From positions 1 through 60,277 of the IMG/VR virus record IMGVR_UViG_3300025128_008224: DNA of 60,277 bases; one strand, 5' to 3'. The notes under the pieces are model-generated. The model ran no database searches and was not told where the DNA came from. It saw only the letters and a program-made list of their open reading frames with translations. Positions 1 to 10,883 of the stretch are shown here, piece after piece (within the stretch, counting starts at the first letter, position 1; each line of letters begins with the position of its first letter). The position numbers and the translations under genes are program-made. This DNA is from a virus (Duplodnaviria; Caudoviricetes).

Positions 1-3000
1 GGTAGAAGCTTCTTGACGCCCTTGCACCTAAGTGTAAGCCTCATTGGCTTACCTTTGCCGTTCTTCTCATGGTCCTCTTTGATCATTCCAAAGTATTTCA
101 TGAAATCAGTATGAGCGTAGGTTCTATAGAAAGACCCATTGATATCGCCAGATTCACTCTCAGCGCTGGCAGAAAGGGAGCCGCTGGCTCCTTCGAGAGT
201 TAGGAATTTGTTGTTTTTCGCGCTGAATCCATTAAGAACATAGTGATCCATGTGTTCCGAAATTCTAAATTCTGGAATGATGGAGTAGTCTTTTGCCATG
301 GCGCGAATGTCAATCGAATAGTCTTCGTAAGAATCATACCACGGGTTTTTGCCGGCTAGCAGGTTTGTGGTCCACTTCGGAACACAATGAGTAAGGATCT
401 CAGTAGAACCAGTCGCGGCCAATCCGAGGGATGCACCGAGGGCATGAATATAATTGCCGTATTCGTATTGCATGGAGGCTGTTGCCGGCTGTCCTCGTGA
501 GTATGCGCTCTTCACAATCATGGGATCAGACCAGTGACCCAGTTCTCCATTGAGAGCCGGGACTGGACAAGATTCCGAAGCTAGCCCACCGGTTACCGTT
601 GCAATGATTGATGCAGAGGGCGTCACAATGTAGTTAGCGAACCCAACCTCTGGCCAATAGTTGTTGCAATCCAGCGGCCAAACGCTCAATGCGGCGCTTC
701 CCGTGGTGTAACCTATCTCAGATGCTGATATTGCGTTGTTTCCAACATTCGCGGTGTAATCGCCAGTATTCTGCTGTTTGTGATATACATATCCAAACGA
801 GTTGATTCCGCCTGCGGCGGCGTCGGTGCTGCCGTGTCTCGATCTGTCAATCGGGTTATCTCTCCAGAAAGTCTTAAGCTGGTCAACCCTATCCTTAAGG
901 AGTGAATCCTCTGTATCTGCATAACTTTCCCTACCTCGAACCTTGCCCAGGAAAGTGTTTGAGCCCTTCGGGAACACCGTTTCCTTGTAATCCATGTAGT
1001 GCATTTTCTCAATTGGATTGGCCTCTGAAGAAGCTGGTCCAAACTTATCAAGAAGGTATATACCCTTGAGGTCGTTGTAGACCTGCTCATTGTGATCCTT
1101 TTCTGGGTATTGAACACCCAACTCTGTGTGAATTGCTCTATTTTGGCTTCCCTGCGATGCATCGTTAACGACATTGTAAGTGAATTTGGAAATATTGTTT
1201 CCATATGTGTGCACCATTGTAATCGTGTCTGACATTGGTACTTCGTCTTGATCATAGTTGAGCGGTTTGACATCCAGCTTGTGCACGAACGGCATATATT
1301 TTGAGGTTACTGCCGGCTCGGTAAAGTGTCGGATTTCTTTTCTAGTTGTTCCTTTGAAGCCGGCATTGCCGCCAACCAAATCATTAAACTCCTTTACATA
1401 GGAGATCATGTTGTTCTTTCTGTGGAATCTCGCAATAGGATGCTGCCAACCTCTAATCTGTTTCCAAGATGGATGTTGGTATGGGCCGTTTCTGTTAAGC
1501 AGTACTGCGTTTAATACGGGGACGTAGCCTCTTCCCAAATTGTCGCTTCCTGCGGGAGATGGGGGTGGATTGTTTCTGTTAGAATAAGAATCAATATGGT
1601 GATTGGCTCGATATACAAATCGGTCGCCATCGGGTTTAGAATACAACGGAGTTCCATCTGATTCATCAACATATCCCAAAATATTGGCACTAGCTGAAAT
1701 TGCGTCGACGACATTGCCGTTCATTCCAACAAAGTCAGTTGCTAAAAAATCACCCTTGTTGTTTGTTCTATCCGAGCCGAAAACTCTCTCGCCGGAAGCT
1801 ATGTAGCTACCTACGTGGCTGGAGCTTTCAAAAGTGATGTCCGATGAGGCTCCGCCGGCGTTGGAACTATCTGGCTCCGAGTAGCCGTACGGACCAGATT
1901 GAGCAGAGGCCGTAATCCACCTGTAGCTCAGTTCCTGCCTTGGAATGGCATGCTGTATGAACCAGTTGTCCTTTAAAGAGGAGGTTTCAGAATAGGGGGC
2001 GTGGCCCTGCTCGCTTCCCGGGCTATGGCCGTCATTGAACTTGTGCGGGTTGATTCTCTTCAGCGGGTTCTTGTTTATCTTGTGATACGAAGCGGATCTG
2101 TGCAAAATCAAGATTCCTTCAGAGGAAGTGATTTGCCCAGTGTGCTCGCTGTCTACGCCAAACTGCCCACAGTGCTTCGTTAACAATTCATCCAGTGGGG
2201 CGCGAATGGTTGCGTTTCTCCATGGAAGAGCGTTGTATAGTGAATATTCTTCCGCAGCGGCGTCTAAGAAGCCGCGGCTGTTGATCTCAGGGCCGCCTGG
2301 GGCAGAGAACCTGCTTACAATTACCGATTCGTGTCGCTGCCTTGTGGGAAGCTCAAAATCGATTGTCCCAGAGACCGCGAATGATTGGGAGTGAGAAGCA
2401 CTGAAGCCTCCGCTCAATACAAACTGTTTGTTTTGGGTTGATCTGCCGCCAGCAGTTTGTACAACTTGCCAGTTCTTTTCGTAGTTACCAATGGTGGTCA
2501 AACCCCTGGAGCCAGTAGACTGCTTGATGTTGCGAATGTTAACCGGCCGCTTTGCAATCTCGTCTCTATAATACTGCGCTCTTGGGTAGTGAACGTTGTT
2601 GGCCGAGGGGCTCTTAAGAGAAATCTGTGCGCTGATGGTCGAGTCAGTAGACCCAACATTGTCAAGAATCCATGCCTCGGGGCGGTTCAAACTGCTGTCG
2701 CTGCCGGTGTTGATTTCAACGTGTCTGTGTTGCGAACCTCCAACGTATTTCTCAGTAAACAATCCCTGCATCGGGACTCCAACATTGCCGGCGGATCCAT
2801 ATGAATCATCGTGGAAGTTGGTTATGATAAACTTGTAATTCGCGCTGGAAGTAATATCTGGGGCAGCAGAGGCACTATAAATGCTAAATGGCGTTACCAA
2901 ATCTCCGTGCGAAAAGTCTTTACTCAATGCACTGGAAGAAGCATGGAAGCCTATTCTTTCTTTTCTTTCGTTTTCTTTGGCATCCAGAGCATCAAACAGA

Positions 3001-6000
3001 TCATTTCTTTTAATGGTCTCAACATCAATTGTGAGAGATTCATCAGATCCAAATCTAATAATTGGCTTATAAGCGGCGACAGACTTGTTAACAAACTGAT
3101 TTGAGCCGCCGCGAAGTTCAAGGCTTTTTTGAACAGAGTAATTATATGGCTTTGCAACCCTTTTCGAGAAATAAGCGGAAGCAGTAAATGCTGTATTGTC
3201 CGACGCTCTTAGGTTAATCTTTTTACCCTTGGTTGTTCCTACGACAACTTGGCGAATCTTTTCTCTGTGCTCATTTGTAATTTCATGAATCGGGTCTGCA
3301 TGGCTTGAGCTAAGTGGGGAATCTGAGCGGATTGCCCTTTCTTTCCACCACAAACCATTTTCGCTCTGGTCCAAAGTGACTGGGGCGTGTCCTTGTTTCC
3401 AATTATATCCAGCATTTTGAATACTAGATGGATTGTTCGCTTGGCCAAATTGTGATTGTCCGAAACCAATATTGCCAGGAGTTTGGGCCGGGGACATCAA
3501 TGTGGCTTCCGGATCAATTGTCTCTTTTTTCCTCTCCATTGTAGGAACTTTGGTGTGATATTTGTTCCTTTCCAAAACATGACTTTCAATTACAGTCTGC
3601 ATTGTTTCTGAGAAATTAGCCGATGCAGGAATTAACTCTGCAATCATCTTTGTCAAAGACGAATCAAGCCATTTGTAAAAATCAATGTACCTATCCAAGT
3701 CCGGTGTGTTCTGAACCCGGTCGAAGAACATTTGTCTCAGCTTTGTAAGGTCTTTATATCCAGGTCGGTAACGGTTAACTGGTTCGCCGATGAGATTGTT
3801 GAAGTCCATGATTGTGGAAAAGATCTTTATCATTTCATCGGAAATAACCGAATACATGCTTTTTTCCACAGCAAAGTAATAATTTAAAGGCTCTGTGTCT
3901 CTTGTAAACACCTGGTCATCTGAGCTTTGAGATATAACCGTAACCATATCGGTGCTTGTTGCAATTTCAGGTTGTCGCTTTTTCGCAGTGTATACATATT
4001 CATTGGCAATTGACCCTGTGTTGTTGGCATCGAAATCATATCCGAGACCCGTGTACTGCCTGTTTAGTAAGTGAAGGCCGAGGACGCCATAATTGGGATT
4101 GATCCTTGTAGTGGCGCCGGCGCCGGTATTTCCAGAATACGAACCTGAAGATCTGTCTTGTACGACAAATTGGCCGCTACTGTCTGAACCAGTTAAAGTT
4201 TGAAAGTCCCAATCCCAAAGCAAAGTTTCTATTTGTGGGATGTGTTTTGCTTTTAAATACTGCGAAAGAGCAGTACCAGTTGGAGTTTTGTATGGACTAT
4301 ATACACCATGGTTTTCTACATCCGCTGCATGCGCTTTGATAACACTATTATCAATTTGACTAGCCCAGCCTCTGAACGAAGAAATCTTGATATCACTGCT
4401 AACCAGCGTTGATCCAGTGAATCCGGTCTTGTGCGCTCCAACATAAAATCTTTTTGGGTTCGCGAAGAAGTTGGCAGTTACATTTTGTTTTCCAATGGTG
4501 CCGGAAACATGGAACTCGTTCTGAGGATGATCCAATTCCATGTTGACGCCGTAAAACTCAACATTAATTGTGAAATCATCAGTACTTCCAGATACACCAC
4601 TATAAAGAGAACCAGAGCCCGGTATTACTCGCACTGCAAAATTCCACTTCTCATTCTCATACACGTTTCTGTATACAGAACTAGTAAGATTCGGGAACAG
4701 CCCACCAGTTGTTCCAGTTAGCTTGAAGTATGTGTTCTTCGAACCCTCTGAATCTCTGATTGCATACACCTGAAAGTTAAAGTCATCTCTTGTTTTGTTC
4801 CACTGAAAATCGTTTGGATCAGCTTGGGCAGAGTGGGCGCCGAATAATGAAGACGAAAGGTTGGTGAACTGACTTTGCTCTATCGTTCCTCCAGCAGTTG
4901 CTTGATGCGGGAATAATACTTCTGCTTCAAATGTGTAACCATCTGGCGCTACTCTGGAGTTTCCTCCAGAAAGATAAGACATAGAGGGTGTATCGACAGA
5001 TGAACTTCTCATGAACACGGTTGCGTCATGATTTCCGCTCAACTGGAAAGAGGCATACTTTTTCTTGACTGAAGTTGAACGATAGTTATCCTTAAGAGTA
5101 TATGTCGCCCCATCTGTATACATGTTGATGCGGATAAGTTCGTCATCAACACCAAAGCACCTCACCAAGTTTCTTATCGATTGCTCGGTACCCTTTGTTT
5201 TATAAATATGCGACAAGTTGTTGTAGATATTTTGGTAAATGAGGTTCTTAATGTCATGAAGTTCGTTTTCAAACTTCTTATCTGTTGATCTCGCTAAGAA
5301 TTTCTCAAGCACATCTGCATCGGCAAAAATATCTGGAGCGATGAACCCGCGGGATTCGATCATCTGCCTAACAAACGGAAGGGGCTTAAAGCTACTGCTT
5401 CCATACGAAATATCGCCAATTCGTGGGAGATACATTGTCTGCATGTGAAGCGTATCAAAGTAACTGGATATAATCTGTACCAGCTTCTTTAGGGTATCTC
5501 TCTCATTTTTCTCGTCGTCTTCTAGGATCCAGCCCGGGAGCGAATGGTAAATAGCGGCCGGGTTTCTTGAATCCCATTCTCTTCCTAAACGCTTCTTGGA
5601 GTCCATCAGGTTCGCCACATCTGCATGTGAAGAATAGATGATCGGATCCTTGAATTCTGCTGCCGACGCTGAAGATTCAATAATGGCAGACCCAGTGTTT
5701 CTAGAATCTGAACTGTAACCTATCCAACCACCATTTGAAACTCTTCCCGCATAGTCCAAAACCACTGAGTCAACAGAACTTGTGCCGATAATTCCTTCGT
5801 TGAATTTATAATAAACACCCAGTTGTGCGTTGGCCAAATCTGTATTTGTGCCTCCGCCGATTTGATCATTCCAGAATATACCAACATCTCTCGCGGATCT
5901 TGCCTTTTTCCAATAACGGAACTCATCCAGAGATCCAGACAACTTTCCGTATTTGAACAAGTCGGTCGTGCTTCCACCAGCAGAGTGGCCAGGGAAGCCA

Positions 6001-7016
6001 GAGCCAGACGGAGAGGTGATAAGACAGCCGATTGCCGCCTTCAAATTGCCGCTAACATAGTCGATGGTAGATCCGGTATGAATCGTCTGGTTGTGTTTAC
6101 CATCAATGTATAGGCTTGCTTCGATACTGCTTCCAGAGTTCTGGAATGTGAAGGCATAATGGTGCCACGCATCATCGGCAATTGAAGATGTCGTTAGGCT
6201 GGTTCCAATCGATTGAGAAGCAAAACCCTTGGTACCAGACATGTAGGTCACCAAGAAGGGGGATGCTCCATCAGTTGCAGTACCCGTCATTTCGACGGTT
6301 AAACGGCCGTAATCGGCGCTGGAAGACATTGTTCCTGTTGTCCAGACATCGACGATGACTTCTCTGTCGGTTAAGTTCAGGCCGGCGGTGTTCGTGGGAA
6401 TGTGAGTAAGGGCAGAAAGAAACTGTGATTTCTTTAGCCAAAACTCAACAGTGTTGCCATCTTCGCCGCCAATCTTTAAGTTGGACTCACGGTTGTTTAC
6501 TTGATCCCAAACGTTTGCCTTGGAACCAGTTGTCTTGAAGTTAACACCGCTTTCTACATGTGGACCACCAGAAGCCGTAATGTACTCGACGATACTTGGC
6601 AATCCATATTGGGCGTTGAGCGGAGCAAATGTGTGAGATGATTTTGTGGAAGTTCCCCAACCTGCGTCTTGGGGCGCGAATATAATGTACCCAGTGGTTC
6701 TGGGGTATAAGTTATCAAATACGTGCTTGTCTACATAAGAGGAGCTATTTTCCCAACTTACCTTTTCATACAGCGAACCGTCATACGGGTATGTCTTATA
6801 AATTCTCTTGATGGAATCTTCATAATACATCTCCGCAAGGCCGTAGCGTGCAAAGTTTTCGGGCTTTTCTAGATTGATATGAGGGATGAACCTCTGCATA
6901 TCGGAGAGCTTGGCGTCGACATACCGGTACGACTCAGCATCAGCAGAAGCATCGTTGATACTAGAACTATTTAGTGGACTGATTTTTGCATTATAAAAGT
7001 AATCTTTTATACCCAT
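1..7016 (-). CDS. Very large virion/baseplate protein with LamG (concanavalin A-like) domain(s); 3' end lies outside the window (>2338 aa)
   Basis: ATG at 7016 (MGIKDYFYNAK...), just after the stop of 7022..8620. The frame was open wherever I translated it, down to base 1 (...RLTLRCKGVKKLL); its absence from the ORF track fits having no stop in the window. LamG-type motifs TVEFWLKK, WHHYAFTF, LYIDG, LDEFRYW. Tail-I/wedge-like motif IYKTKGTEQSIRNLVRCFG. Confidence 0.85.
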   Translation of the reverse strand, partial: MGIKDYFYNAKISPLNSSSINDASADAESYRYVDAKLSDMQRFIPHINLEKPENFARYGLAEMYYEDSIKRIYKTYPYDGSLYEKVSWENSSSYVDKHVFDNLYPRTTGYIIFAPQDAGWGTSTKSSHTFAPLNAQYGLPSIVEYITASGGPHVESGVNFKTTGSKANVWDQVNNRESNLKIGGEDGNTVEFWLKKSQFLSALTHIPTNTAGLNLTDREVIVDVWTTGTMSSSADYGRLTVEMTGTATDGASPFLVTYMSGTKGFASQSIGTSLTTSSIADDAWHHYAFTFQNSGSSIEASLYIDGKHNQTIHTGSTIDYVSGNLKAAIGCLITSPSGSGFPGHSAGGSTTDLFKYGKLSGSLDEFRYWKKARSARDVGIFWNDQIGGGTNTDLANAQLGVYYKFNEGIIGTSSVDSVVLDYAGRVSNGGWIGYSSDSRNTGSAIIESSASAAEFKDPIIYSSHADVANLMDSKKRLGREWDSRNPAAIYHSLPGWILEDDEKNERDTLKKLVQIISSYFDTLHMQTMYLPRIGDISYGSSSFKPLPFVRQMIESRGFIAPDIFADADVLEKFLARSTDKKFENELHDIKNLIYQNIYNNLSHIYKTKGTEQSIRNLVRCFGVDDELIRINMYTDGATYTLKDNYRSTSVKKKYASFQLSGNHDATVFMRSSSVDTPSMSYLSGGNSRVAPDGYTFEAEVLFPHQATAGGTIEQSQFTNLSSSLFGAHSAQADPNDFQWNKTRDDFNFQVYAIRDSEGSKNTYFKLTGTTGGLFPNLTSSVYRNVYENEKWNFAVRVIPGSGSLYSGVSGSTDDFTINVEFYGVNMELDHPQNEFHVSGTIGKQNVTANFFANPKRFYVGAHKTGFTGSTLVSSDIKISSFRGWASQIDNSVIKAHAADVENHGVYSPYKTPTGTALSQYLKAKHIPQIETLLWDWDFQTLTGSDSSGQFVVQDRSSGSYSGNTGAGATTRINPNYGVLGLHLLNRQYTGLGYDFDANNTGSIANEYVYTAKKRQPEIATSTDMVTVISQSSDDQVFTRDTEPLNYYFAVEKSMYSVISDEMIKIFSTIMDFNNLIGEPVNRYRPGYKDLTKLRQMFFDRVQNTPDLDRYIDFYKWLDSSLTKMIAELIPASANFSETMQTVIESHVLERNKYHTKVPTMERKKETIDPEATLMSPAQTPGNIGFGQSQFGQANNPSSIQNAGYNWKQGHAPVTLDQSENGLWWKERAIRSDSPLSSSHADPIHEITNEHREKIRQVVVGTTKGKKINLRASDNTAFTASAYFSKRVAKPYNYSVQKSLELRGGSNQFVNKSVAAYKPIIRFGSDESLTIDVETIKRNDLFDALDAKENERKERIGFHASSSALSKDFSHGDLVTPFSIYSASAAPDITSSANYKFIITNFHDDSYGSAGNVGVPMQGLFTEKYVGGSQHRHVEINTGSDSSLNRPEAWILDNVGSTDSTISAQISLKSPSANNVHYPRAQYYRDEIAKRPVNIRNIKQSTGSRGLTTIGNYEKNWQVVQTAGGRSTQNKQFVLSGGFSASHSQSFAVSGTIDFELPTRQRHESVIVSRFSAPGGPEINSRGFLDAAAEEYSLYNALPWRNATIRAPLDELLTKHCGQFGVDSEHTGQITSSEGILILHRSASYHKINKNPLKRINPHKFNDGHSPGSEQGHAPYSETSSLKDNWFIQHAIPRQELSYRWITASAQSGPYGYSEPDSSNAGGASSDITFESSSHVGSYIASGERVFGSDRTNNKGDFLATDFVGMNGNVVDAISASANILGYVDESDGTPLYSKPDGDRFVYRANHHIDSYSNRNNPPPSPAGSDNLGRGYVPVLNAVLLNRNGPYQHPSWKQIRGWQHPIARFHRKNNMISYVKEFNDLVGGNAGFKGTTRKEIRHFTEPAVTSKYMPFVHKLDVKPLNYDQDEVPMSDTITMVHTYGNNISKFTYNVVNDASQGSQNRAIHTELGVQYPEKDHNEQVYNDLKGIYLLDKFGPASSEANPIEKMHYMDYKETVFPKGSNTFLGKVRGRESYADTEDSLLKDRVDQLKTFWRDNPIDRSRHGSTDAAAGGINSFGYVYHKQQNTGDYTANVGNNAISASEIGYTTGSAALSVWPLDCNNYWPEVGFANYIVTPSASIIATVTGGLASESCPVPALNGELGHWSDPMIVKSAYSRGQPATASMQYEYGNYIHALGASLGLAATGSTEILTHCVPKWTTNLLAGKNPWYDSYEDYSIDIRAMAKDYSIIPEFRISEHMDHYVLNGFSAKNNKFLTLEGASGSLSASAESESGDINGSFYRTYAHTDFMKYFGMIKEDHEKNGKGKPMRLTLRCKGVKKLL

Positions 7017-7021
7017 TATCG

Positions 7022-8620
7022 TTACTCTACTCTAAATTTGAATGATTCCGGCTGCTCGACCCACTTTCCATTGACGCGGTATACCAGCTTAATACCATAT
7101 GCATAATCTGGCTGCAGCATTGACATATCCAAATCAAAATAGCTACCAGACATATCATATGATAGTTGTGTGTGCATGTCGCTTCCGGTACCATATGGAA
7201 TAACATCCATATCATCAACGAGCCTATATACCTTAAAGGATGCGCTTTCCACCATGGTTGTCTCTATATCTGTAGAGGCGACGGTGTGCAAAGTCGGATT
7301 CCAATCTTTCGCCCTAGCATAGACTCTAAATCTCGCAGTTTCATTAGACACATATGTGTCTCTCAAGTTCTTAATATTTGTGTAGTAGGTTTGATCCGGG
7401 CTTTTATTAGATGCTTCAAAAGTCTTCGGAGTTATTGCTGCGCCTGTGTGATAAAATGTAGGGCTCGTTATATCATGTAATTGCGCTGCGGTGCCGCTCA
7501 ACCAAACATCATACAAATAAGTACTGCTGGCAACAGACGATGTTGTGGCAAACGAAGCCGAATATGTACCTGTGGCGACATAGCCGCCTGTAATGTATTG
7601 TGTTTGCTGGGTTGTTGTGCTATAAACCCCGCCGCCCTTGGGTAAGTGTAGTGCGTGACTGGTCGGACCACTTGTGCCGCTATGAATCTGAACATAAATC
7701 GGATCACCGTTATCAATATTTGGAATGTTTTTAAGCTCGCCTCGCACATAGTTGTACAAATACAGTGTATTCAAGTTGTCAACTGCAGGGGCCATTGCGG
7801 CACTCAAATAACAATTTGCCCGGTTGTCCTTTGTAGCAGAATCCCAACGGGCTTCAATTATAGGGCGTTTGAAGAAATACTCCGTTCCCCTGCCGAAAAA
7901 TAGCTTTGTGTAATAGGAAGATGTCAGCGTACCAACAGTGTTTTGGACCACTTCGTGGTCGGAAGCGCCTGCCCAATATGCCTCTTGGGCGCCCGTAAGG
8001 TGGATACCAATTCCATGATTTCTCTTTCCTGGCCAGGCGCTGCTATATGCTTCTCCAACAATCCATTCCTCTACCAAGTTTGTAATATCCAATTCCAAGT
8101 CTTCGTTGCCTTTTTCAAAGTAAAAACTGGAGGAGGGTAAGGTGTTGCTGGCCAAGTTGGTGTATGTTGCACTGTGATAGTCACCACCAGCACTGTCCCA
8201 TTTTTTCGCCGTGGAAGCCGAGAGCCAGCTTGCATACCCTTCGTCGGTATAACCTTCCATATCCAAGCCTGTTCCCTCGGACCATGAATTAGATACTGGC
8301 ATCACCATTAGCGTGTAAGTTGATGGCAGTGTTCTGCCGTGTGCAACATTGGACATTTTCAAGTAAAAAGATACGTTTCCACTAACAGGGAGATCTCCAT
8401 TGTACCTTGATGCAGAGATGTGGTTAACGGGGAACTTGAGCAAGATACGAGATAGTTCTTGAGAGGCTCCGGAGGTTCCAGACACCTGGCCATAAATGGA
8501 AAAAGTTTCCAATATATCAGAAGCTCCCATGTTTGAACCGGTGCCGCGAGTTGTCAAATCTTGCTTAAAGGCGTTTGTTATCGTTGTATCAAACGATGCT
8601 GTATATCTTTTAATACCCAT
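7022..8620 (-). CDS. Putative virion structural protein, DNRLRE/disaggregatase-like N-terminal domain
   Basis: 532 aa. Motifs SRILLKF, WSEGTG, WDSAGGDY, LELDITNLVEEW and NHGIGI resemble the DNRLRE-type domain. Lies inside the baseplate operon. Confidence 0.55.
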   Translation of the reverse strand: MGIKRYTASFDTTITNAFKQDLTTRGTGSNMGASDILETFSIYGQVSGTSGASQELSRILLKFPVNHISASRYNGDLPVSGNVSFYLKMSNVAHGRTLPSTYTLMVMPVSNSWSEGTGLDMEGYTDEGYASWLSASTAKKWDSAGGDYHSATYTNLASNTLPSSSFYFEKGNEDLELDITNLVEEWIVGEAYSSAWPGKRNHGIGIHLTGAQEAYWAGASDHEVVQNTVGTLTSSYYTKLFFGRGTEYFFKRPIIEARWDSATKDNRANCYLSAAMAPAVDNLNTLYLYNYVRGELKNIPNIDNGDPIYVQIHSGTSGPTSHALHLPKGGGVYSTTTQQTQYITGGYVATGTYSASFATTSSVASSTYLYDVWLSGTAAQLHDITSPTFYHTGAAITPKTFEASNKSPDQTYYTNIKNLRDTYVSNETARFRVYARAKDWNPTLHTVASTDIETTMVESASFKVYRLVDDMDVIPYGTGSDMHTQLSYDMSGSYFDLDMSMLQPDYAYGIKLVYRVNGKWVEQPESFKFRVE

Positions 8621-10425
8621 TATCTAATCGTCCCCACAATATCATTTCTCGGATACTTCACCTCAAGGATTACGCTTTCTGCAGAAGCCAAATATCTTCC
8701 ATCGGCAGACATGTTTTCTTTGATGTCATAAAAGGCATCAGAGTATACTCCCCCTGCTTTGTTGACAAATTTTACATCAATCGTGTCAACGACGCCTGGA
8801 ACAGCGTTTAATACCTGATATATATTTGTGACATGCATTGGTTCGCCAATATCTCTGGTAAATGTCAGGGCATCGGCAATTGCAGAATAACAACTGTTCA
8901 AAAGTTCATACTTATTATAGCCGACCTTGCCGACTGCTACAAAATTAACGCCTATGTTTATAATTGTTGCATCCAAAATATCAACCGTATCATTAATCAT
9001 CTTATGTTGATTGATCCAAGTTCTTAGGTTTTGTTTAATTGTGCCGTTTGTTGCAGTTAAAAGACCATCGGTGTCCTCGGAAACAACATATAAATTCAAG
9101 TTTCTCTTAAACGAATCTATATCTTGCAGCACATTGCATCTCTTAATCGCTCCAAATTGTTGCGGCATACGGTATACGAGGCCTACATAATCGTTTCTAG
9201 TTACGGCTCTTTGCTGGGATGCAAACTGGGATGTGATTCGGTGTTTGATTTCGTCCGGTGAGGGGATGGAAACATCTCCGACAATCGGTTCATCATTTGT
9301 ACATTCAAGGCTGCTTCTGACCGTTGCGATCTTGGAAGCGTCGGTTGCATCTGCGTCTAGAAAGTCAAAAAGGCTTTGAGCGGGGCGATTCACCGTCGCT
9401 ACGGCTGCGTTTACCTCGCTTGTCAAGTTGGACCTGTATTTGATGGTTAAAGTTGTATTAACCGGAGTGACTCCAAATTTGTCTGATTGGTTTAACACGG
9501 TTGGGTCAAATGATGTGTCGCTAATATAATCTCTCGCATGCTGTTTCATTATAACATCATTTGGGTTTGTAATAAACCTTTTACTTAATTGATCTTCTGA
9601 ACCATATCCGAACTGCAAGAACGTTGCATTGCCGAATCTTTCTATTGTAAATCTGCGAGGAACTGAAATTGTTTTTAGGATTCTAGGTGCCAAGTTTTTG
9701 TCGGCGCCGGTATTTTGCACCGGAATGTGGATGCTGTCTTGCGATAAGTGCTCCACCTCAAACCATTGGTTTCCGTTTGAGTCAAACACAGATACAACTT
9801 CAGATATGTTAGAGTTGGAGAGGGGCACCTTTCGAAACCTCTCATAGCTTCCAACTGATACATTCTCTTGGAAGTATTTTCCAGAAATAGCCTTTCCGTA
9901 GGCCTTATAGGCATAGGAGGTTGGTAAACCAGGGTCAGATGTACTAACCTCTCCGACCACAATCTCAACAGAGTTGGAAAAATCTACATCCTCAATCAGG
10001 GTATAAATATTGCCTGCATCGGAATTGAACTTGCTTCCCCTTTTTAATACGGGAACATACGCTGAATCAGGACCAACTTCGCCGTCCTTGGCTGGTACTA
10101 AAATATAAAAAGTGAGCAAGCCGCTAGCAGAAGGAGCCCATTGGAATTTATATCCCATTTGGCGACCCAACTTGATAACATTTGAAAATTCATTTGCGGT
10201 GGATAAAAAGCTCTCATTTGCCTGATAATCAACATAAAATGATAAGATATCACCGACATATGCAACGGTGTCAAGCATCAAGGAGCCGAATGATGGTGAA
10301 CTAAAATCCTTGAACGTGTCCGGATAATAAGTTTTTGCGTAAGTTACCAGATCTCCCTTGATAGTCTGGAAATCTCTGCTCGTGTATTTGATAGGTACGA
10401 TTTCTTTATCTTTGTTCGCCGGCAT
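8620..10425 (-). CDS. Baseplate wedge subunit, T4 gp6 / baseplate J-like
   Basis: 601 aa. N-terminal YTSRDFQTIK...FKDFS...LMLDTVAYVGDILSFYVDYQANESFLSTA and C-terminal QQRAVTRNDY match gp6-family hallmarks. Confidence 0.9.
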   Translation of the reverse strand: MPANKDKEIVPIKYTSRDFQTIKGDLVTYAKTYYPDTFKDFSSPSFGSLMLDTVAYVGDILSFYVDYQANESFLSTANEFSNVIKLGRQMGYKFQWAPSASGLLTFYILVPAKDGEVGPDSAYVPVLKRGSKFNSDAGNIYTLIEDVDFSNSVEIVVGEVSTSDPGLPTSYAYKAYGKAISGKYFQENVSVGSYERFRKVPLSNSNISEVVSVFDSNGNQWFEVEHLSQDSIHIPVQNTGADKNLAPRILKTISVPRRFTIERFGNATFLQFGYGSEDQLSKRFITNPNDVIMKQHARDYISDTSFDPTVLNQSDKFGVTPVNTTLTIKYRSNLTSEVNAAVATVNRPAQSLFDFLDADATDASKIATVRSSLECTNDEPIVGDVSIPSPDEIKHRITSQFASQQRAVTRNDYVGLVYRMPQQFGAIKRCNVLQDIDSFKRNLNLYVVSEDTDGLLTATNGTIKQNLRTWINQHKMINDTVDILDATIINIGVNFVAVGKVGYNKYELLNSCYSAIADALTFTRDIGEPMHVTNIYQVLNAVPGVVDTIDVKFVNKAGGVYSDAFYDIKENMSADGRYLASAESVILEVKYPRNDIVGTIR

Positions 10426-10475
10426 ATTTGCATTCCTACTTTAAATTAAGATAAACTTACAATTGTTCAAAATAA

Positions 10476-10850
10476 TTAGTTTGTATTTGCATTTATATCT
10501 AGAATGTCCTTTAAAGAAAGGGAGGGGATAGAATATTTTATGGAGATGTTTAGGGTCGATTCATCGTCCGAAGGATTCATGTCAATCTGTTCAATTTGAA
10601 CATGGGGCATATATTTTTTTGCCTGTCTCCTTATTCTTGTATTAATCGCTCCGTAAGTATCTTGAGCCGCGGGTTCAAACAAAAAAGTCCTTATACCAAC
10701 CCCAAAATTTGGATCCATTATTCTTTCACCAGGAGAGGTCAGCACCAACATTTTAAAGTTTTGCTTGATAACCTCTTTCATGGTTTGATTTAAAGAATAG
10801 CCATAACTAGCGTCAAGGCTTAAGGGAAGTTTTGGTGAGTATCCTGGCAT
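10476..10850 (-). CDS. Baseplate wedge / sheath initiator, T4 gp25-like (GPW_gp25)
   Basis: 124 aa. KQNFKMLVLTSPGERIMDPNFGVGIRTFLFEP is the gp25 signature. AGGAG RBS at 10858-10862. Confidence 0.92.
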   Translation of the reverse strand: MPGYSPKLPLSLDASYGYSLNQTMKEVIKQNFKMLVLTSPGERIMDPNFGVGIRTFLFEPAAQDTYGAINTRIRRQAKKYMPHVQIEQIDMNPSDDESTLNISIKYSIPSLSLKDILDINANTN

Positions 10851-10866
10851 TAAATGTCTCCTAGGT

Positions 10867-10875
10867 TATAAATAG
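10867..10875 (-). promoter_or_regulatory. Candidate phage late-promoter motif CTATTTATA
   Basis: Intergenic, 16 nt upstream of the gp25 start. The same or a near-identical motif precedes genes at 48574-48582, 48608-48615, 52277-52285 and 53093-53101. Confidence 0.5.
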
Positions 10876-10883
10876 AAATTAAC

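Noticed and set aside
713-6113. Short ORFs listed on both strands in the first 7 kb
   Set aside because: They are shadows of the single long minus-strand frame starting at 7016.
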